A DNA stretch of 64,000 bases from Bacillota bacterium (GCA_012523545.1 JAAYIH010000009.1:1248-65247); one strand, 5' to 3'. Positions 43,260-53,820 are shown, counted from the first letter of the stretch. The notes: generated from the sequence alone by a model not told the origin. Program-made: numbers and translations.

Positions 43260-44210
43260 ATGCAGCCGGTATTGGAGTTTAACGAGGTAAACAAGAGGTT
43301 TTCCGCCGGAGGCAAGGCTGTCCAGGCCCTGGACAAGGTGAGCTTTCAGGTGCCTCCGGGGACGATCTTCGGCCTCCTGGGACCCAACGGCGCCGGCAAG
43401 ACCACCACCGTCAAAGCTGCCTGCGGTCTGGTTACGCCGGATTCCGGCTCCGTCACTGTGGGGGGCTGCGACATCCTGCGGCAACGCAACTCCGCCCTGG
43501 ACCAGGTGGCGGCGGTGCTGGAGGGAAACCGCAACATTTACTGGCGCCTCACCCCCCGGGAAAACCTGGAATTCTTTGCCGCCCTCCGGGGGCGCCGGCC
43601 CCGGGCGGTGAAAAGGGAAATTGACGACCTCTTGTGCCTCATGGATTTGGCGGAAAAGGCCAGAACCCCCGCCCGCAAGCTGTCCCGGGGCATGCAGCAA
43701 AAACTCGCCCTGGCCGTGGCCCTGGTCAGCGGCGCGCCCGTACTCCTCCTGGACGAGCCCACCCTGGGCCTGGATGTGCACACTTCCCTGGAAATCCGCA
43801 ACCACCTGCGCCGGATTGCCCGGGAGGAAGGCCGCACGGTGCTGGTTACCACCCACGACATGCACGTGGTGGAGGATATCTGCGCCCACGTGGTCATCAT
43901 CGACAAAGGACGGGTGGTGGCCAATGACAGCACGCAAAACCTGCTCCGGCTTTTCCGCTTCCGCTCCTACGATCTGACGGTGGGAGAACTGGCGCCCGAC
44001 CAGTGCGAAGCCCTGGCGCGCATCCCCCACCTGCACCTGGAAGAGAACAACGGCTCCTGGCAGATTTCCCTGGAGGTGGAAGACCACGCCCTGCTGTGGC
44101 AAGTGCTGGACATCCTCCGCACCCGGCACACCTCCATTGAAGCTATCCGCCGCCGGGAGCTGAATTTTGAGGGAGTCTTTATGGAGATCCTGGGGAGGTC
44201 GGAAACATGA
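43260..44210 (+). CDS. ABC transporter ATP-binding protein (exporter type)
   Basis: GPNGAGKTT, LSRGMQQK, LDEPTLGLD, TTH. Confidence 0.93.
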   Translation: MQPVLEFNEVNKRFSAGGKAVQALDKVSFQVPPGTIFGLLGPNGAGKTTTVKAACGLVTPDSGSVTVGGCDILRQRNSALDQVAAVLEGNRNIYWRLTPRENLEFFAALRGRRPRAVKREIDDLLCLMDLAEKARTPARKLSRGMQQKLALAVALVSGAPVLLLDEPTLGLDVHTSLEIRNHLRRIAREEGRTVLVTTHDMHVVEDICAHVVIIDKGRVVANDSTQNLLRLFRFRSYDLTVGELAPDQCEALARIPHLHLEENNGSWQISLEVEDHALLWQVLDILRTRHTSIEAIRRRELNFEGVFMEILGRSET

Positions 44211-44973
44211 GATTGGGTTTGGCTCTTATAGCTATGATAAAAAAAGAGCTGATTACGCGGTCCAGGTACATGGCCAATGCCCTGGGCACACTGATTACCC
44301 TCTACCTCGTCTTCATGCTCATGTTTCTGGGTGTGCAGGGCCTGGCCGGCGGGGCCATCATGGGCGACGGCCTGGAAAGCCTGGTGGTGGGCTATATAAC
44401 CTGGTTTGTCCTCCTCATCTCCTACCAGGCAGTCCCCTACACCATTTTGTCTGAAGCCCAGCAAGGCACCCTGGAACAGCTCTATACGGCGCCCCTGAGC
44501 TTCGGCGCCCTGGCAGCCTTTAAGCTCATCGCCGAAATCCTGGTGGACATGGTTTTAGCGGTCCTGCTTTTGCTCTTTATCATCGCCACTACGGGGACAA
44601 GCCTCCACCTGGATATCCCTTCCCTGCTGCCCTTGTTGCTGCTGGTCATCATCGGCGGCAGCGGCCTGGGCTTTCTCCTGGGCGGCGCGGCCCTGCTCAT
44701 CAAACGCGTTCAGCCCTACCTGCAAATCGTCCAGTTTGCCATCATCATCCTGGTGGCATCCCCCGTTAAGGGGGTGTGGCGCTGGCTGCCGGTAACCCTG
44801 CCTGCCCACTGGATGCGCCAGGTAATGGTCCGGGGCCAGGGTTTGTCCCAGGTACCCCTGCCCGATTGGCTTGCCATGATTGGAGCTCCCTCATCAGCCT
44901 CACCCTCGGCGTTGTCGTGTTCCGGCTTTGCGAACTGCGGGCCCGCCAACTGGGGATCATCGGCCACTTCTAG
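44207..44973 (+). pseudogene. ABC-2 permease with apparent 1-nt frameshift near 44883
   Basis: EAQQGTLEQLY motif; last TM and C-terminus (SSLISLTLGVVVFRLCELRARQLGIIGHF*) lie in another frame ending at TAG 44973. Confidence 0.65.
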
Positions 44974-45064
44974 CACAGCGTGCGACAACGGCGCAACCGC
45001 AGTGAACCAAATGGCATTTGTTGTCGCTCATACCTGTGTCAATATGTATTGGGAGGATTGACCT

Positions 45065-45586
45065 ATGCAGAAAATTGTTGCCGCGGCTGTCCTGGCTGCC
45101 CTGTTCCTGGCCGGGTGTTCCGGCGCCAAGGGCGGCGATGCCGATCCGGCCGATATCTTTGCGGCCATCAAGGACCACGTCCGGGCAGACCTGGAAGCAG
45201 CCGGTTACAGTGATGAAGATTTTCAGCTGCAGGAACTGCCTGGTTACAGAATCGTTAATTTGCAGGGTGCCGATTTCGAGCAGTTGCCTCCTGGTATCCG
45301 CCCCGACGATTTCCGGGAAGGCTACATGCTTGAGGCCGACATGATGCTCAACGCCGACAGGATTATTCTCTTCCAGGCCGAAAAAGACAAAGCCGGCGCC
45401 ATCCAGGATGCCCTGGAGCTCTATCAGGCAGCCCAACTGCAAATGTGGGAACAGTACATGGCCGATCAGGCCGAGAAGGTGCGCAACACAATTATTTCTG
45501 CCCGGGGCGATCTGGTAATCTACATCACCTATCCTGATGCCGATGCCATTGCCGACATCTTCGCCAGGCATGCAGGGCGGCGGTAG
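45065..45586 (+). CDS. Lipoprotein, DUF4358-like
   Basis: Lipobox LAGC; QMWEQYMADQAEKV; upstream of MBOAT gene. Confidence 0.75.
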   Translation: MQKIVAAAVLAALFLAGCSGAKGGDADPADIFAAIKDHVRADLEAAGYSDEDFQLQELPGYRIVNLQGADFEQLPPGIRPDDFREGYMLEADMMLNADRIILFQAEKDKAGAIQDALELYQAAQLQMWEQYMADQAEKVRNTIISARGDLVIYITYPDADAIADIFARHAGRR

Positions 45587-45609
45587 CGCCGCCCCGGGGG
45601 AGGAGTATC

Positions 45610-47016
45610 GTGGTTTTTAGCAGCCTGCTCTTTATATTTTACTTTCTTCCGGCGGCGCTGGGTCTGTACTACCTGGCGCCGCGCCGGTATAAAAACCTGG
45701 TCCTGTTTCTGTGCAGCCTCTTTTTTTATGCCTGGGGCGAACCGGTGTACATCGTGCTCATGCTCTTTTCCGCCGCCGTGGATTACAGCGCCGGCCGGCT
45801 GATGGGCAAGTATAACGGCAACAAGGCTGTCCGCCGCTGGTGCCTGACGGCTTCTGTGCTGGTCAATCTGAGCCTGCTGGGCTTTTTTAAGTACGCCGAT
45901 TTCCTCATCGCCAACCTGAATTTCCTGCTGGGCAGCCGCATTGCGCCCCTCAACCTGCCCCTTCCCATCGGCATTTCCTTTTACACTTTTCAGACCATGT
46001 CCTACACCATCGACGTCTACCGGGGCCAGACAGACGTGCAAAAAGATTTCATCGCCTTTGCCGCCTACGTCTCGCTGTTTCCCCAGCTCATCGCCGGCCC
46101 CATTGTCCGTTACAGCACCGTGGCCCACCAGCTCCGGCAGCGCAGCGTCGACGCAGAAAAATTCGCCCTGGGCATCAAGCGCTTTGCCGTGGGCCTGGGC
46201 AAAAAAGTGCTGCTGGCCAACAACATCGGCCAGCTTTGGGCACAGATCAAAGATACTGCGCCGGCCGACCTGCCCGTGCTGACGGCCTGGCTGGGCATCG
46301 TCGCCTTCGCCTTTCAAATCTATTACGATTTCAGCGGCTATTCGGACATGGCCATTGGCCTGGGCAAGATGTTTGGCTTCGATTTTCTGGAGAACTTCAA
46401 TTATCCCTACATCGCCCGCTCGGTGGCGGAATTCTGGCGGCGCTGGCACATTTCCCTGGGCACCTGGTTCCGGGACTACCTCTACATTCCCCTGGGGGGC
46501 AACCGGGGCGGCGCCGCCAAAGCGGCGCGCAATCTCCTGATTGTCTGGTTCGCCACCGGCTTTTGGCACGGCGCCAGCTGGAATTTCGTGCTGTGGGGCC
46601 TGTACTTCGGCGCCCTGATCGTGCTGGAACGCCTTTTTTTGCAAGCCTGGCTGCGCCGCCTGCCCGCCGTCCTCAGCCACCTCTACCTGTTGCTGGCGGT
46701 GTGTTTCGGGTGGGTCATCTTTGAATTCAACGGCCCCCAGGCCCTGGCCTACCTCCGGGTGATGCTTGGGCTGGGGAACAATGCCCTGCTCGACCCCGGA
46801 CTGATATACATGCTGGCCACCAACGGGGTGCTCCTGGTCATCCTCGGCCTCGGCGCCACCCCCCTGCCCAACGCCCTGTGGGAAAAGGTCATTGCACCCA
46901 GGGGGAAAAGGCGGGGAGCAGTGCTGGCCCCGGCTTTCTGCCTGCTCATCCTCGTCGTCGCCACCGCATACCTGGTGGACTCCAGCTACAACCCCTTCCT
47001 GTACTTCCGCTTTTAG
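45610..47016 (+). CDS. MBOAT O-acyltransferase (AlgI/PatA-like)
   Basis: MVFSS, LPIGISFYTFQ, FPQLIAGPI, DFSGYSD, FWRRWHISL, GFWHGA, YNPFLYFRF. Confidence 0.93.
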   Translation: MVFSSLLFIFYFLPAALGLYYLAPRRYKNLVLFLCSLFFYAWGEPVYIVLMLFSAAVDYSAGRLMGKYNGNKAVRRWCLTASVLVNLSLLGFFKYADFLIANLNFLLGSRIAPLNLPLPIGISFYTFQTMSYTIDVYRGQTDVQKDFIAFAAYVSLFPQLIAGPIVRYSTVAHQLRQRSVDAEKFALGIKRFAVGLGKKVLLANNIGQLWAQIKDTAPADLPVLTAWLGIVAFAFQIYYDFSGYSDMAIGLGKMFGFDFLENFNYPYIARSVAEFWRRWHISLGTWFRDYLYIPLGGNRGGAAKAARNLLIVWFATGFWHGASWNFVLWGLYFGALIVLERLFLQAWLRRLPAVLSHLYLLLAVCFGWVIFEFNGPQALAYLRVMLGLGNNALLDPGLIYMLATNGVLLVILGLGATPLPNALWEKVIAPRGKRRGAVLAPAFCLLILVVATAYLVDSSYNPFLYFRF

Positions 47017-47028
47017 GAGGGATGCCAA

Positions 47029-48150
47029 GTGCAGCGCCTATCCGACCGCTTGCTGATAACGGCCTTTGTCCTCTTTCTGGCCGCGATGCTCCTGCTCAAC
47101 ATAGCCACAGTTGACCGCGCCTTTTCGGAGCGGGAAAACCGCTACCTGACCCGGCGCCCGGAACTCAGTCTCAGCTCGGTGTTTTCCGGCCGCTTTTCCC
47201 GCCGCTTTGAAGAATACATCACCGACCAGTTTGTCTTCCGGGATCAGTGGGTGTTCCTCAAAGCCGATGTGGAGCGGTTGCTGTTGCGCACCGAAAACAA
47301 CGGGATTTTTCTGGGCAGGGACGGCTGGCTGCTGGAAAACTTCCAGCGCCCCGGGCCTGCCCTGGCCCGCAACATCCAGGGCATCAACCGGTTTGCCGAC
47401 GCCTTCCCGGACATCCGCATCCACGTCCTCCTGGCGCCCACCTCGGCGGCGGTGTACCCGGAAAAGTTGCCGCCCCTGGCCGCCGTCTGGGACCAGCGCC
47501 AGGTGCTGGCCGAAGTGGCACAAAGTCTCCGTCCCGGCATTGCATTTGTCCCCGTCCTGGACGCCCTCAGGGCAAGGCGGGACGAGTACCTGTATTTCCG
47601 CACCGATCACCACTGGACTATGACCGGAGCCTACTACGCCTACCGCGAACTGGCGGACGCCCTGGGTTTTTCACCCCTGGCCCCCGAGGAGTTTCACCGG
47701 GAAACTGTGGCCCGGGACTTCCAGGGCACTTACAGTGCCAAGGCCAATCGCCGCCGCATCCGCGGCGACGCCCTGGAGGCCTGGCGGCCGCGCACGCCCC
47801 GACCGCTGACCATCACCTTCAACGACCGCCCGGGCAGCTTTGACAGCCTCTTTTTTCCCCGGCACCTGGAGGGCCGCAACAAGTACGACTATTTCCTGGA
47901 CGGCAACCACCCCCTGGCGGTAATCAAAACCAGCCGGCCCGGGGGCAAGCTGGCGGTGTGCAAGGACTCTTTTGCCCACGCCCTGCTGCCTTTTCTGGCC
48001 CAGCATTACGCCGAAATTCACGTCATCGACCTGCGCTTTTTTACCGCCTCCCTGGAACAGTACATCCGGCAGCAGGAAATAGACCAGGTCCTGTTTCTAT
48101 ACGGCCTTTCCGCTTTTGCCAGCGACGCCGGCCTCACCAGCTTCCGCTGA
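47029..48150 (+). CDS. DHHW-family (AlgJ-like) O-acetylation partner
   Basis: SERENRYL, DQFVFRD, YFRTDHHWT, KDSFA, IDLR. Confidence 0.88.
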   Translation: MQRLSDRLLITAFVLFLAAMLLLNIATVDRAFSERENRYLTRRPELSLSSVFSGRFSRRFEEYITDQFVFRDQWVFLKADVERLLLRTENNGIFLGRDGWLLENFQRPGPALARNIQGINRFADAFPDIRIHVLLAPTSAAVYPEKLPPLAAVWDQRQVLAEVAQSLRPGIAFVPVLDALRARRDEYLYFRTDHHWTMTGAYYAYRELADALGFSPLAPEEFHRETVARDFQGTYSAKANRRRIRGDALEAWRPRTPRPLTITFNDRPGSFDSLFFPRHLEGRNKYDYFLDGNHPLAVIKTSRPGGKLAVCKDSFAHALLPFLAQHYAEIHVIDLRFFTASLEQYIRQQEIDQVLFLYGLSAFASDAGLTSFR

Positions 48151-48209
48151 CGCGTCCGGCGGGACGGTTACAGGGCGGCCGTTGGCGCATACTAGTACGA
48201 GGTGATTGC

Positions 48210-48785
48210 ATGACTCCCCTGGTTTTGGCATACGGCGACGTCATCCTCCGTGACCGCATTCCTGCCGATATCGCCGACCACCGGCGCTGGCTGACTTCTG
48301 AAACGGCCTGGCTGGAATGGGACGCTCCCTGGGAAAAGATCGATGAGCGCTGGGTGCAAAAGTACCTGCAGCGCATGGCGGAAACCCTCCGCCGCCCCCT
48401 GCCGCCCGTTCGCTCCACCCTGGAAATCTGCCATCGCGACGGCACCCACATCGGCATGGTCAATGCTTATTACATCGACGGCGACAAAGAGAAACCGGCG
48501 GTTGGCATTACCCTGCGGGAAAGCAGGTACTGGGGCCGGGGCCTGGGCAGCCAGGCCTTCCCCCTCTGGCTGGATTACCTGTTCCGCGCCGGCGGCTACC
48601 CGCGCCTTTACTGCCAAACCTGGTCGGGCAATACCCGCATGGTCCGGCTGGCTTTAAAATGCGGCTTCCGGGAATCCCAGCGCCTGGTCAATTGCCGGGA
48701 AGTGCAGGGGCGGCGGTACGACGCCCTGACCTTCGTCCTGTCCCGCTGCCGGTTTGCCGGCCTGCCCGTCCCTGACCGGCGGTGA
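48210..48785 (+). CDS. GNAT (RimJ/RimL-like) N-acetyltransferase
   Basis: WDAPWE, WGRGLGS, TWSGNTRMVRLALKCGF; ATG 48210 after GAGGTG. Confidence 0.85.
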   Translation: MTPLVLAYGDVILRDRIPADIADHRRWLTSETAWLEWDAPWEKIDERWVQKYLQRMAETLRRPLPPVRSTLEICHRDGTHIGMVNAYYIDGDKEKPAVGITLRESRYWGRGLGSQAFPLWLDYLFRAGGYPRLYCQTWSGNTRMVRLALKCGFRESQRLVNCREVQGRRYDALTFVLSRCRFAGLPVPDRR

Positions 48786-48803
48786 TGTTCCCTCTTTACC
48801 AGC

Positions 48804-48829
48804 AAAAAGCCCGCTTCAAGCGGGCTTTT
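48804..48829. terminator. Bidirectional terminator
   Basis: AAAAGCCCGCTT-C-AAGCGGGCTTTT between convergent genes. Confidence 0.8.
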
Positions 48830-48836
48830 GTCTTTG

Positions 48837-49691
48837 CTATCTCCGGGCATCCAGGTACCGGGCAGCGCTGAGGGCGGCCACCTGGCCTTCGCCGACGGCT
48901 TTGGCCAGCTGGTACGGACGGCCGGTTACGTCGCCGGCGGCAAAGAGGCCGGGGATGTTGGTGGCCATGTCCCGGTCCACCTTGATGTGCTTGTCTTCCA
49001 GGGCCAGGCCGGGGACGATTTGGGTGGCGGGCAGCTGTTCCTTGTGGAAGAAACAGCCGTCCACTGCCAGCTCCCGGCCGGATTTGAGAACGAGCCGCTC
49101 CAGCCGTGTGCTGCCTGCAAGTTCAGCGGGCTTATCTTCCAGTATTTCCACGCTGTCCGCGACCCGGTACTCGCCCTGGTAAAGGGGGAGGTACCAAACC
49201 CGGTCCGCCAGCTGGGCCAGCAAATTTACTTCCTCTTCGCCCTCGGGGGAATCGGCTACAACGGCCACCCGCTTGCCCTTATAAAAATTCCCGTCGCAGG
49301 TGGCGCAGTAGCTGACGCCGCGGCCAATGAACTCCACTTCCCCGGGCAACGGCCGGGCGATGCCCACCCCGGTGGTGATTATCAGCGTGCGGGCCTGGAC
49401 AGTCTCCTGGCGCAGCTGGAGTTCAAAGTAATCGCCCATGGGGTAGACTGCAGTGATGGCTTCGGTGCTGGGCACGATCCCCTGGGCCCGGGCATGGTCG
49501 AGGAAACGCTGGCGCAGCTCTTCACCCCGGATACCCGGGAAACCCAGGTAGTTGTCAATGCGGTGCGCCTTGTGCAGGGCCGGGCTGCACAGTTTGGCGC
49601 CGAACACCTTTACTTCCTTGCCCCGGGATCGGGCGTTGATGGCCGCTGACAGCCCCGCCGGGCCGCAGCCGATGACAGCAATATCCAACAC
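48837..49691 (-). CDS. Thioredoxin reductase-like FAD oxidoreductase
   Basis: IGCGPAG, NYLG, GRGVSYCATCDG, FAAGD. Confidence 0.88.
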   Translation of the reverse strand: MLDIAVIGCGPAGLSAAINARSRGKEVKVFGAKLCSPALHKAHRIDNYLGFPGIRGEELRQRFLDHARAQGIVPSTEAITAVYPMGDYFELQLRQETVQARTLIITTGVGIARPLPGEVEFIGRGVSYCATCDGNFYKGKRVAVVADSPEGEEEVNLLAQLADRVWYLPLYQGEYRVADSVEILEDKPAELAGSTRLERLVLKSGRELAVDGCFFHKEQLPATQIVPGLALEDKHIKVDRDMATNIPGLFAAGDVTGRPYQLAKAVGEGQVAALSAARYLDARR

Positions 49692-49725
49692 AGTGCTCCC
49701 TCCTCTCAGTATTGTGGCCGCTAAC

Positions 49726-49748
49726 AAAAATGCCCCGAGGGCATTTTT
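49726..49748 (-). terminator. Terminator after the SpoIID-domain gene
   Basis: AAAAATGCCC-TCG-GGGCATTTTT. Confidence 0.7.
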
Positions 49749-49749
49749 G

Positions 49750-51747
49750 TCAGTCCAGAGCGGTCAGCTGGGTGCCGGGGAAATAATGGGCAAGGATTTC
49801 CTCCAGGGACCAGCCCTGGCGGGCCAGTTCCCGGACCCCGTACTGGCTCATGCCCACGCCGTGCCCGAAGCCGCCGCCATAGAAAGTTACTTTTTCCAGG
49901 GCCTCATCGCCCTGGGTTTCCCAAATCACGTGGGCGCTGGGCAGCAAACTGTAATTGTTCAGGGTGCTGCCGTCGTGGCGCACCAGCGTAATGGGCCGCT
50001 GGGCGCTGCCCTGGGGACGCAGGACGTGACGAATGTAGTATTCCCGCTTTACCCGCCAAGTACCGTTGCTGCCGACGATATCAACCCACATGAGGACGCC
50101 TCCCTCGCCCCTGCGGGCAGGAATCAGTTCCAGCAACTGGCCCACGGGGTCGTCGGGAATCTCTTCCACCGTTTCAAATTTTCCGTCCGCGTTCTGCCGC
50201 TCCACCGTTTTCTCGTTGACAACAAATACGCTCTTCAGGTTGTCGGCTATAATTTCCTGAAGCTGGTCGGCCGGCACAGTAAAATGCCAGCGGAACCAGG
50301 GCGAAGCCTCATCGTAGCAGCCCGGAGGAGGGTTGTGGATGAAATCGGCATAGTTTTCTTCGCTGTATTCCTCTCCCCCGGGAAATTGCGCTTTGCTCAT
50401 CAGCCAGGGTTTCGGCGTGCCCGGAAAAGCCTCGTTTCCGCCGGTTCCTTCGCCCCATACCTCATGGTAACTGGCAGTATACCCGCTGCTGGTGGAAAAA
50501 TACCGCACCAGCGCCGGCTTGCCGTCCCGGGCGAGGTACTGCCCCCGGGTAGACTCCACCGCTGCCCGGGCGGCGGCAGTGGTTCCGGAGTTATTGTAGA
50601 CCTGGCTGAGGACGCTGTCCACCACGTGGGCAGAAGTGGCTCTCCACTGGGAAGCATAGAGGTTGCCCAAAGCGTAAGTCCTGGCCACCACGGCCTGAAC
50701 GGCCAGGGCCTGCGGACCAAAGGACTCGGGCATCTCCCCGGGCAAGACATAGCAGAGGTATTCCTCCAGGGGAACTTCATTGACTATCACCAGATTCCCG
50801 CCCATATTGGCCACTTCGATGGTGCCGGGATAACTGGGAACGCCCTGGGCCCTGATGACAGAGGGCAATCGCAGCTTTCCCTGCGCCTCCAGGGGCGTGA
50901 AGATTAACCGATGCTGAAAAGTTTCGGTTCCCATCAGCAGGAAATCCCCCTGGGCGCGAAGGGTAACGGAGCCGGGTTCCAAATCCAGGCTCCTGCCCGT
51001 CACCGCCTCGACGACCTGCCACCGGCCCGAGCAGGCAATTTCCACCTGGGCATGGTGAATTCCCCCAAATCCGGTGGTGTTGATGTTGACGCGAATGACG
51101 TCGGGCACGTACTCCTGGGTGAGCACGGCCGCAGCCACACGGCCTTCCCGCCCGTACAGGTTCAAGGCGTCCATGCCCACCACCGGTGCAACTTCTTTAC
51201 CCTGGAAGAAGACGGTAAAGTACTCCGCCAGGTCCTGCCAGCCCAGATGCAGCCATTCGGCCCGCTTGTCCTCCTCCAGCAAGGTGAGGAGTTTGTCGTG
51301 GCCCATGGGCTCCAGGGGCTTGGTCAGGGCGGCGTCGCCGACAGTCAGCGCCAGCAGGGGCTGGTTTTGTCCCGCAGTCACCGATACCTGGGAAGGAGGA
51401 GCGTCCTTCGGCTGCCACCGATTCCCCCGCCGCTCCAGACTCAACGCAAAGCCGGCTTTGCGTCCCCCCTGCTCCAGGATGATTTCCGCCCGGGCCTTGA
51501 GGTCCCAGGTCAGGCGCACCTTGCCCACGGAATAGAGGGGCATGCCGAATTCCTGCAGGTTTTCCGCCAGCTCGACTAAGGAACCCGACAGCCCGGCTGT
51601 CTTTTCAGCAGCCAGATTATCCATAAACTCAGCGGCGGCCAGCCGGGCGGAATGGGTCATATTCCCCACCCACCAGGCGAAGACCAGAAAAGCCGCCGCC
51701 GCCAGAACCAAGAGCACTGTTGTCACTCTGCCCGCCTGTTTGGACAT
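49750..51747 (-). CDS. SpoIID/LytB domain protein
   Basis: NEVPLEEYL..GEMP, QAVVARTY, SQVY, GHGVGMSQYG, HYFPG; N-terminal TM. Confidence 0.88.
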   Translation of the reverse strand: MSKQAGRVTTVLLVLAAAAFLVFAWWVGNMTHSARLAAAEFMDNLAAEKTAGLSGSLVELAENLQEFGMPLYSVGKVRLTWDLKARAEIILEQGGRKAGFALSLERRGNRWQPKDAPPSQVSVTAGQNQPLLALTVGDAALTKPLEPMGHDKLLTLLEEDKRAEWLHLGWQDLAEYFTVFFQGKEVAPVVGMDALNLYGREGRVAAAVLTQEYVPDVIRVNINTTGFGGIHHAQVEIACSGRWQVVEAVTGRSLDLEPGSVTLRAQGDFLLMGTETFQHRLIFTPLEAQGKLRLPSVIRAQGVPSYPGTIEVANMGGNLVIVNEVPLEEYLCYVLPGEMPESFGPQALAVQAVVARTYALGNLYASQWRATSAHVVDSVLSQVYNNSGTTAAARAAVESTRGQYLARDGKPALVRYFSTSSGYTASYHEVWGEGTGGNEAFPGTPKPWLMSKAQFPGGEEYSEENYADFIHNPPPGCYDEASPWFRWHFTVPADQLQEIIADNLKSVFVVNEKTVERQNADGKFETVEEIPDDPVGQLLELIPARRGEGGVLMWVDIVGSNGTWRVKREYYIRHVLRPQGSAQRPITLVRHDGSTLNNYSLLPSAHVIWETQGDEALEKVTFYGGGFGHGVGMSQYGVRELARQGWSLEEILAHYFPGTQLTALD

Positions 51748-51800
51748 TTTATCCCCCCACTTCAGCCTTTCGTTTTATAAAAAAAGGACCACAGCGGCCC

Positions 51801-52478
51801 TTACTCAGCGTACTCGTATAGTCTTATGCTGTCCAGTATGTGCGGGAAAAAGGATGCGTACTGGGCATGCAGACCGCTTTGATAAGAAAGGGTAATCAGA
51901 TAAGTGTAAGTCTGGGTCTGCTTGTTGCGGTCAGTCAGGGAACGGCGGAAGTAAATCTGATGCTTTCTCAGCATGTAACCCGCTTCAATACCTTCGGCAA
52001 CGGTGTAGCTTGCCTCGCCAAAGCCGGGCAGGGTTACCGACTCCTGGCTGAGGACGCGAAAAACATGAGGCTTGTTGTCGATGCGGTACTGATCCGGGTT
52101 CAGGGTAATGGCGCTGATAATATGGATATCCAGGGTCGCCCGCAGTTCGTCTTTGAGGACAAATTGGGATTGGGCGTCATAGTACAGGCTCCAGCCGATG
52201 CCGGGGACATCCATGGAAATACCGTAGGGATCGAATTTCATGGGAACCCACTCACGGCCTTCAGGGTTATAGGCGTGACCGACATTCTTGTCGGGAGCGT
52301 CGTGGATAAAAATTGCGTAGCCGGCGCCGCCGAGCAACAGCGCCACCAGGACAATGACCAGAATGGTGATAACCCTGGTGCTGCTTCCGGAGCGTTTGGA
52401 AGTCTTTAAGGAGCGACCGCAGTTGCTGCAGGATTTCGCAGTATCAGCCACCTCTGTGCCGCATTCCGGGCAAAGCAT
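51801..52478 (-). CDS. Zinc-ribbon membrane protein
   Basis: CPECG..CSNCG, one TM, extracellular domain. Confidence 0.8.
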   Translation of the reverse strand: MLCPECGTEVADTAKSCSNCGRSLKTSKRSGSSTRVITILVIVLVALLLGGAGYAIFIHDAPDKNVGHAYNPEGREWVPMKFDPYGISMDVPGIGWSLYYDAQSQFVLKDELRATLDIHIISAITLNPDQYRIDNKPHVFRVLSQESVTLPGFGEASYTVAEGIEAGYMLRKHQIYFRRSLTDRNKQTQTYTYLITLSYQSGLHAQYASFFPHILDSIRLYEYAE

Positions 52479-52560
52479 TAATTTTCCCCCCTCAGAGGAT
52501 TGTAGTCTCTTCCTAATTCTACATAACTGTTGTCAAATCCTCCCAGAGGGAAAAACAATT

Positions 52561-52770
52561 TTAAGTCTCCGCCGGGTTCCTGGCAAAAAATATCTTCAGC
52601 TCTGCGTCCTGTCTTCTGGGAACCAAGTACAGGCAGGTCTGGGCGTCCCAGCGCTCTTTGACAGGATAGACAATCATCTGCGCTTCCCGCCGGTCCTTGA
52701 CCACCCAGGCCCGCGCATCGGCTTCCCAATGCTTGTCCACCAAGTACACCTTCACAGCCAACACCCTCAC
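52561..52770 (-). CDS. Small repeat protein (DUF6150-like)
   Basis: Repeated V-Y-x-V..EA/DA units; AGGAGG upstream; start may be 52755. Confidence 0.55.
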   Translation of the reverse strand: MRVLAVKVYLVDKHWEADARAWVVKDRREAQMIVYPVKERWDAQTCLYLVPRRQDAELKIFFARNPAET

Positions 52771-52910
52771 CCTCCTGTGCCTGTTCTCCGCTCTATTATA
52801 CAGAAGGGGCGAAATTTGTCAAATCCCGTCCGGGCATTTAATTTTTCACTGGCAGCATCAAAAACAAAAAAGCAAGGCCATGGCCTTGCTCCCGATCGAA
52901 AAAAGCCCGG

Positions 52911-53435
52911 TCAATACCACAATTTTTCCAGACCCCGGTAAATCCAGCGGGGCGCCCTGAAGATCCAGCTGAAGCAATCTACCTGGCACAGGCGGGTGAT
53001 GCCAAAGGCTCCTGCCGTCAGCAAGCCCGCCTCGGCATACGCCAACTCTCCCCGGGCCAGTCCGATGACGAGGAGCAGCGCGGTGCAAAAATAGGCAATA
53101 TTGCCGCCCACCTCAGACCAGGACCACGCGCCGGCGATGACTGCGCCCAGCACCGCGGCCAAAACAACGAGGAAGCACCCTCCGTAGAAAAGAAACAGGA
53201 ACTCGGGGTATTCCGCCGCCACATACACGTAAAACAGCAGGGGCGCGCCGAGGGTCAGCAGCACCAGCAGGGAAGGATGGCGCCAGCGCCGGAGCAAATG
53301 ATAAACAGCCAGGCTGACGGCCACCGCCGCCGCTGCGGCATAAAAAAATTCCGGCGCCGTCCGTTCAGCTTCACCCAGCCCCCAGAGAATCAAGGCCGGC
53401 AATAAACCAATAAGTACAGCACTGATGTCACGCAT
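52911..53435 (-). CDS. Hypothetical membrane protein
   Basis: GGAGGAGG RBS, multiple hydrophobic helices. Confidence 0.7.
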   Translation of the reverse strand: MRDISAVLIGLLPALILWGLGEAERTAPEFFYAAAAAVAVSLAVYHLLRRWRHPSLLVLLTLGAPLLFYVYVAAEYPEFLFLFYGGCFLVVLAAVLGAVIAGAWSWSEVGGNIAYFCTALLLVIGLARGELAYAEAGLLTAGAFGITRLCQVDCFSWIFRAPRWIYRGLEKLWY

Positions 53436-53604
53436 AGTCCATCCTCCTCCTGTGTTTCATTTCGCCGCAGGGAATACAATTTCCTGCCTCCCTCCGTCCC
53501 GGAATATTTGCACATTTGCCGGACAAAACTGCCGGCAAATCCCCTGGTCAGGCCCGGCAAATGTGATATAATGAAAGTGATATCTTTCATTTACGGAGGA
53601 AAAC

Positions 53605-53793
53605 ATGAACAAGCCCATCGCCCTGTTGCCGATGCTGTTGCTGCTGGCGCCGGGAGTGGTGATTGGCGCGGGCCTGACGGCCAGGAACTTCCGCCTCTAC
53701 TACCCCCTCTTTGCCGTGCTCATGGTGGCTTTGCTCATCAACGTGGCCATGATGATCTGGCATCGCCACAAAGAACAACACCGCAAAAAATAA
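53605..53793 (+). CDS. Small two-TM protein
   Basis: GGAGG RBS, upstream TATAAT, two TM segments and a basic tail. Confidence 0.7.
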   Translation: MNKPIALLPMLLLLAPGVVIGAGLTARNFRLYYPLFAVLMVALLINVAMMIWHRHKEQHRKK

Positions 53794-53820
53794 AGCGCAA
53801 ACGCCCGTGCGGTTATAATT

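Noticed and set aside
45065-48150. Lipoprotein-MBOAT-DHHW cluster as a novel system
   Set aside because: Matches the widespread AlgI/AlgJ-like envelope O-acylation module; substrate unknown but architecture is known
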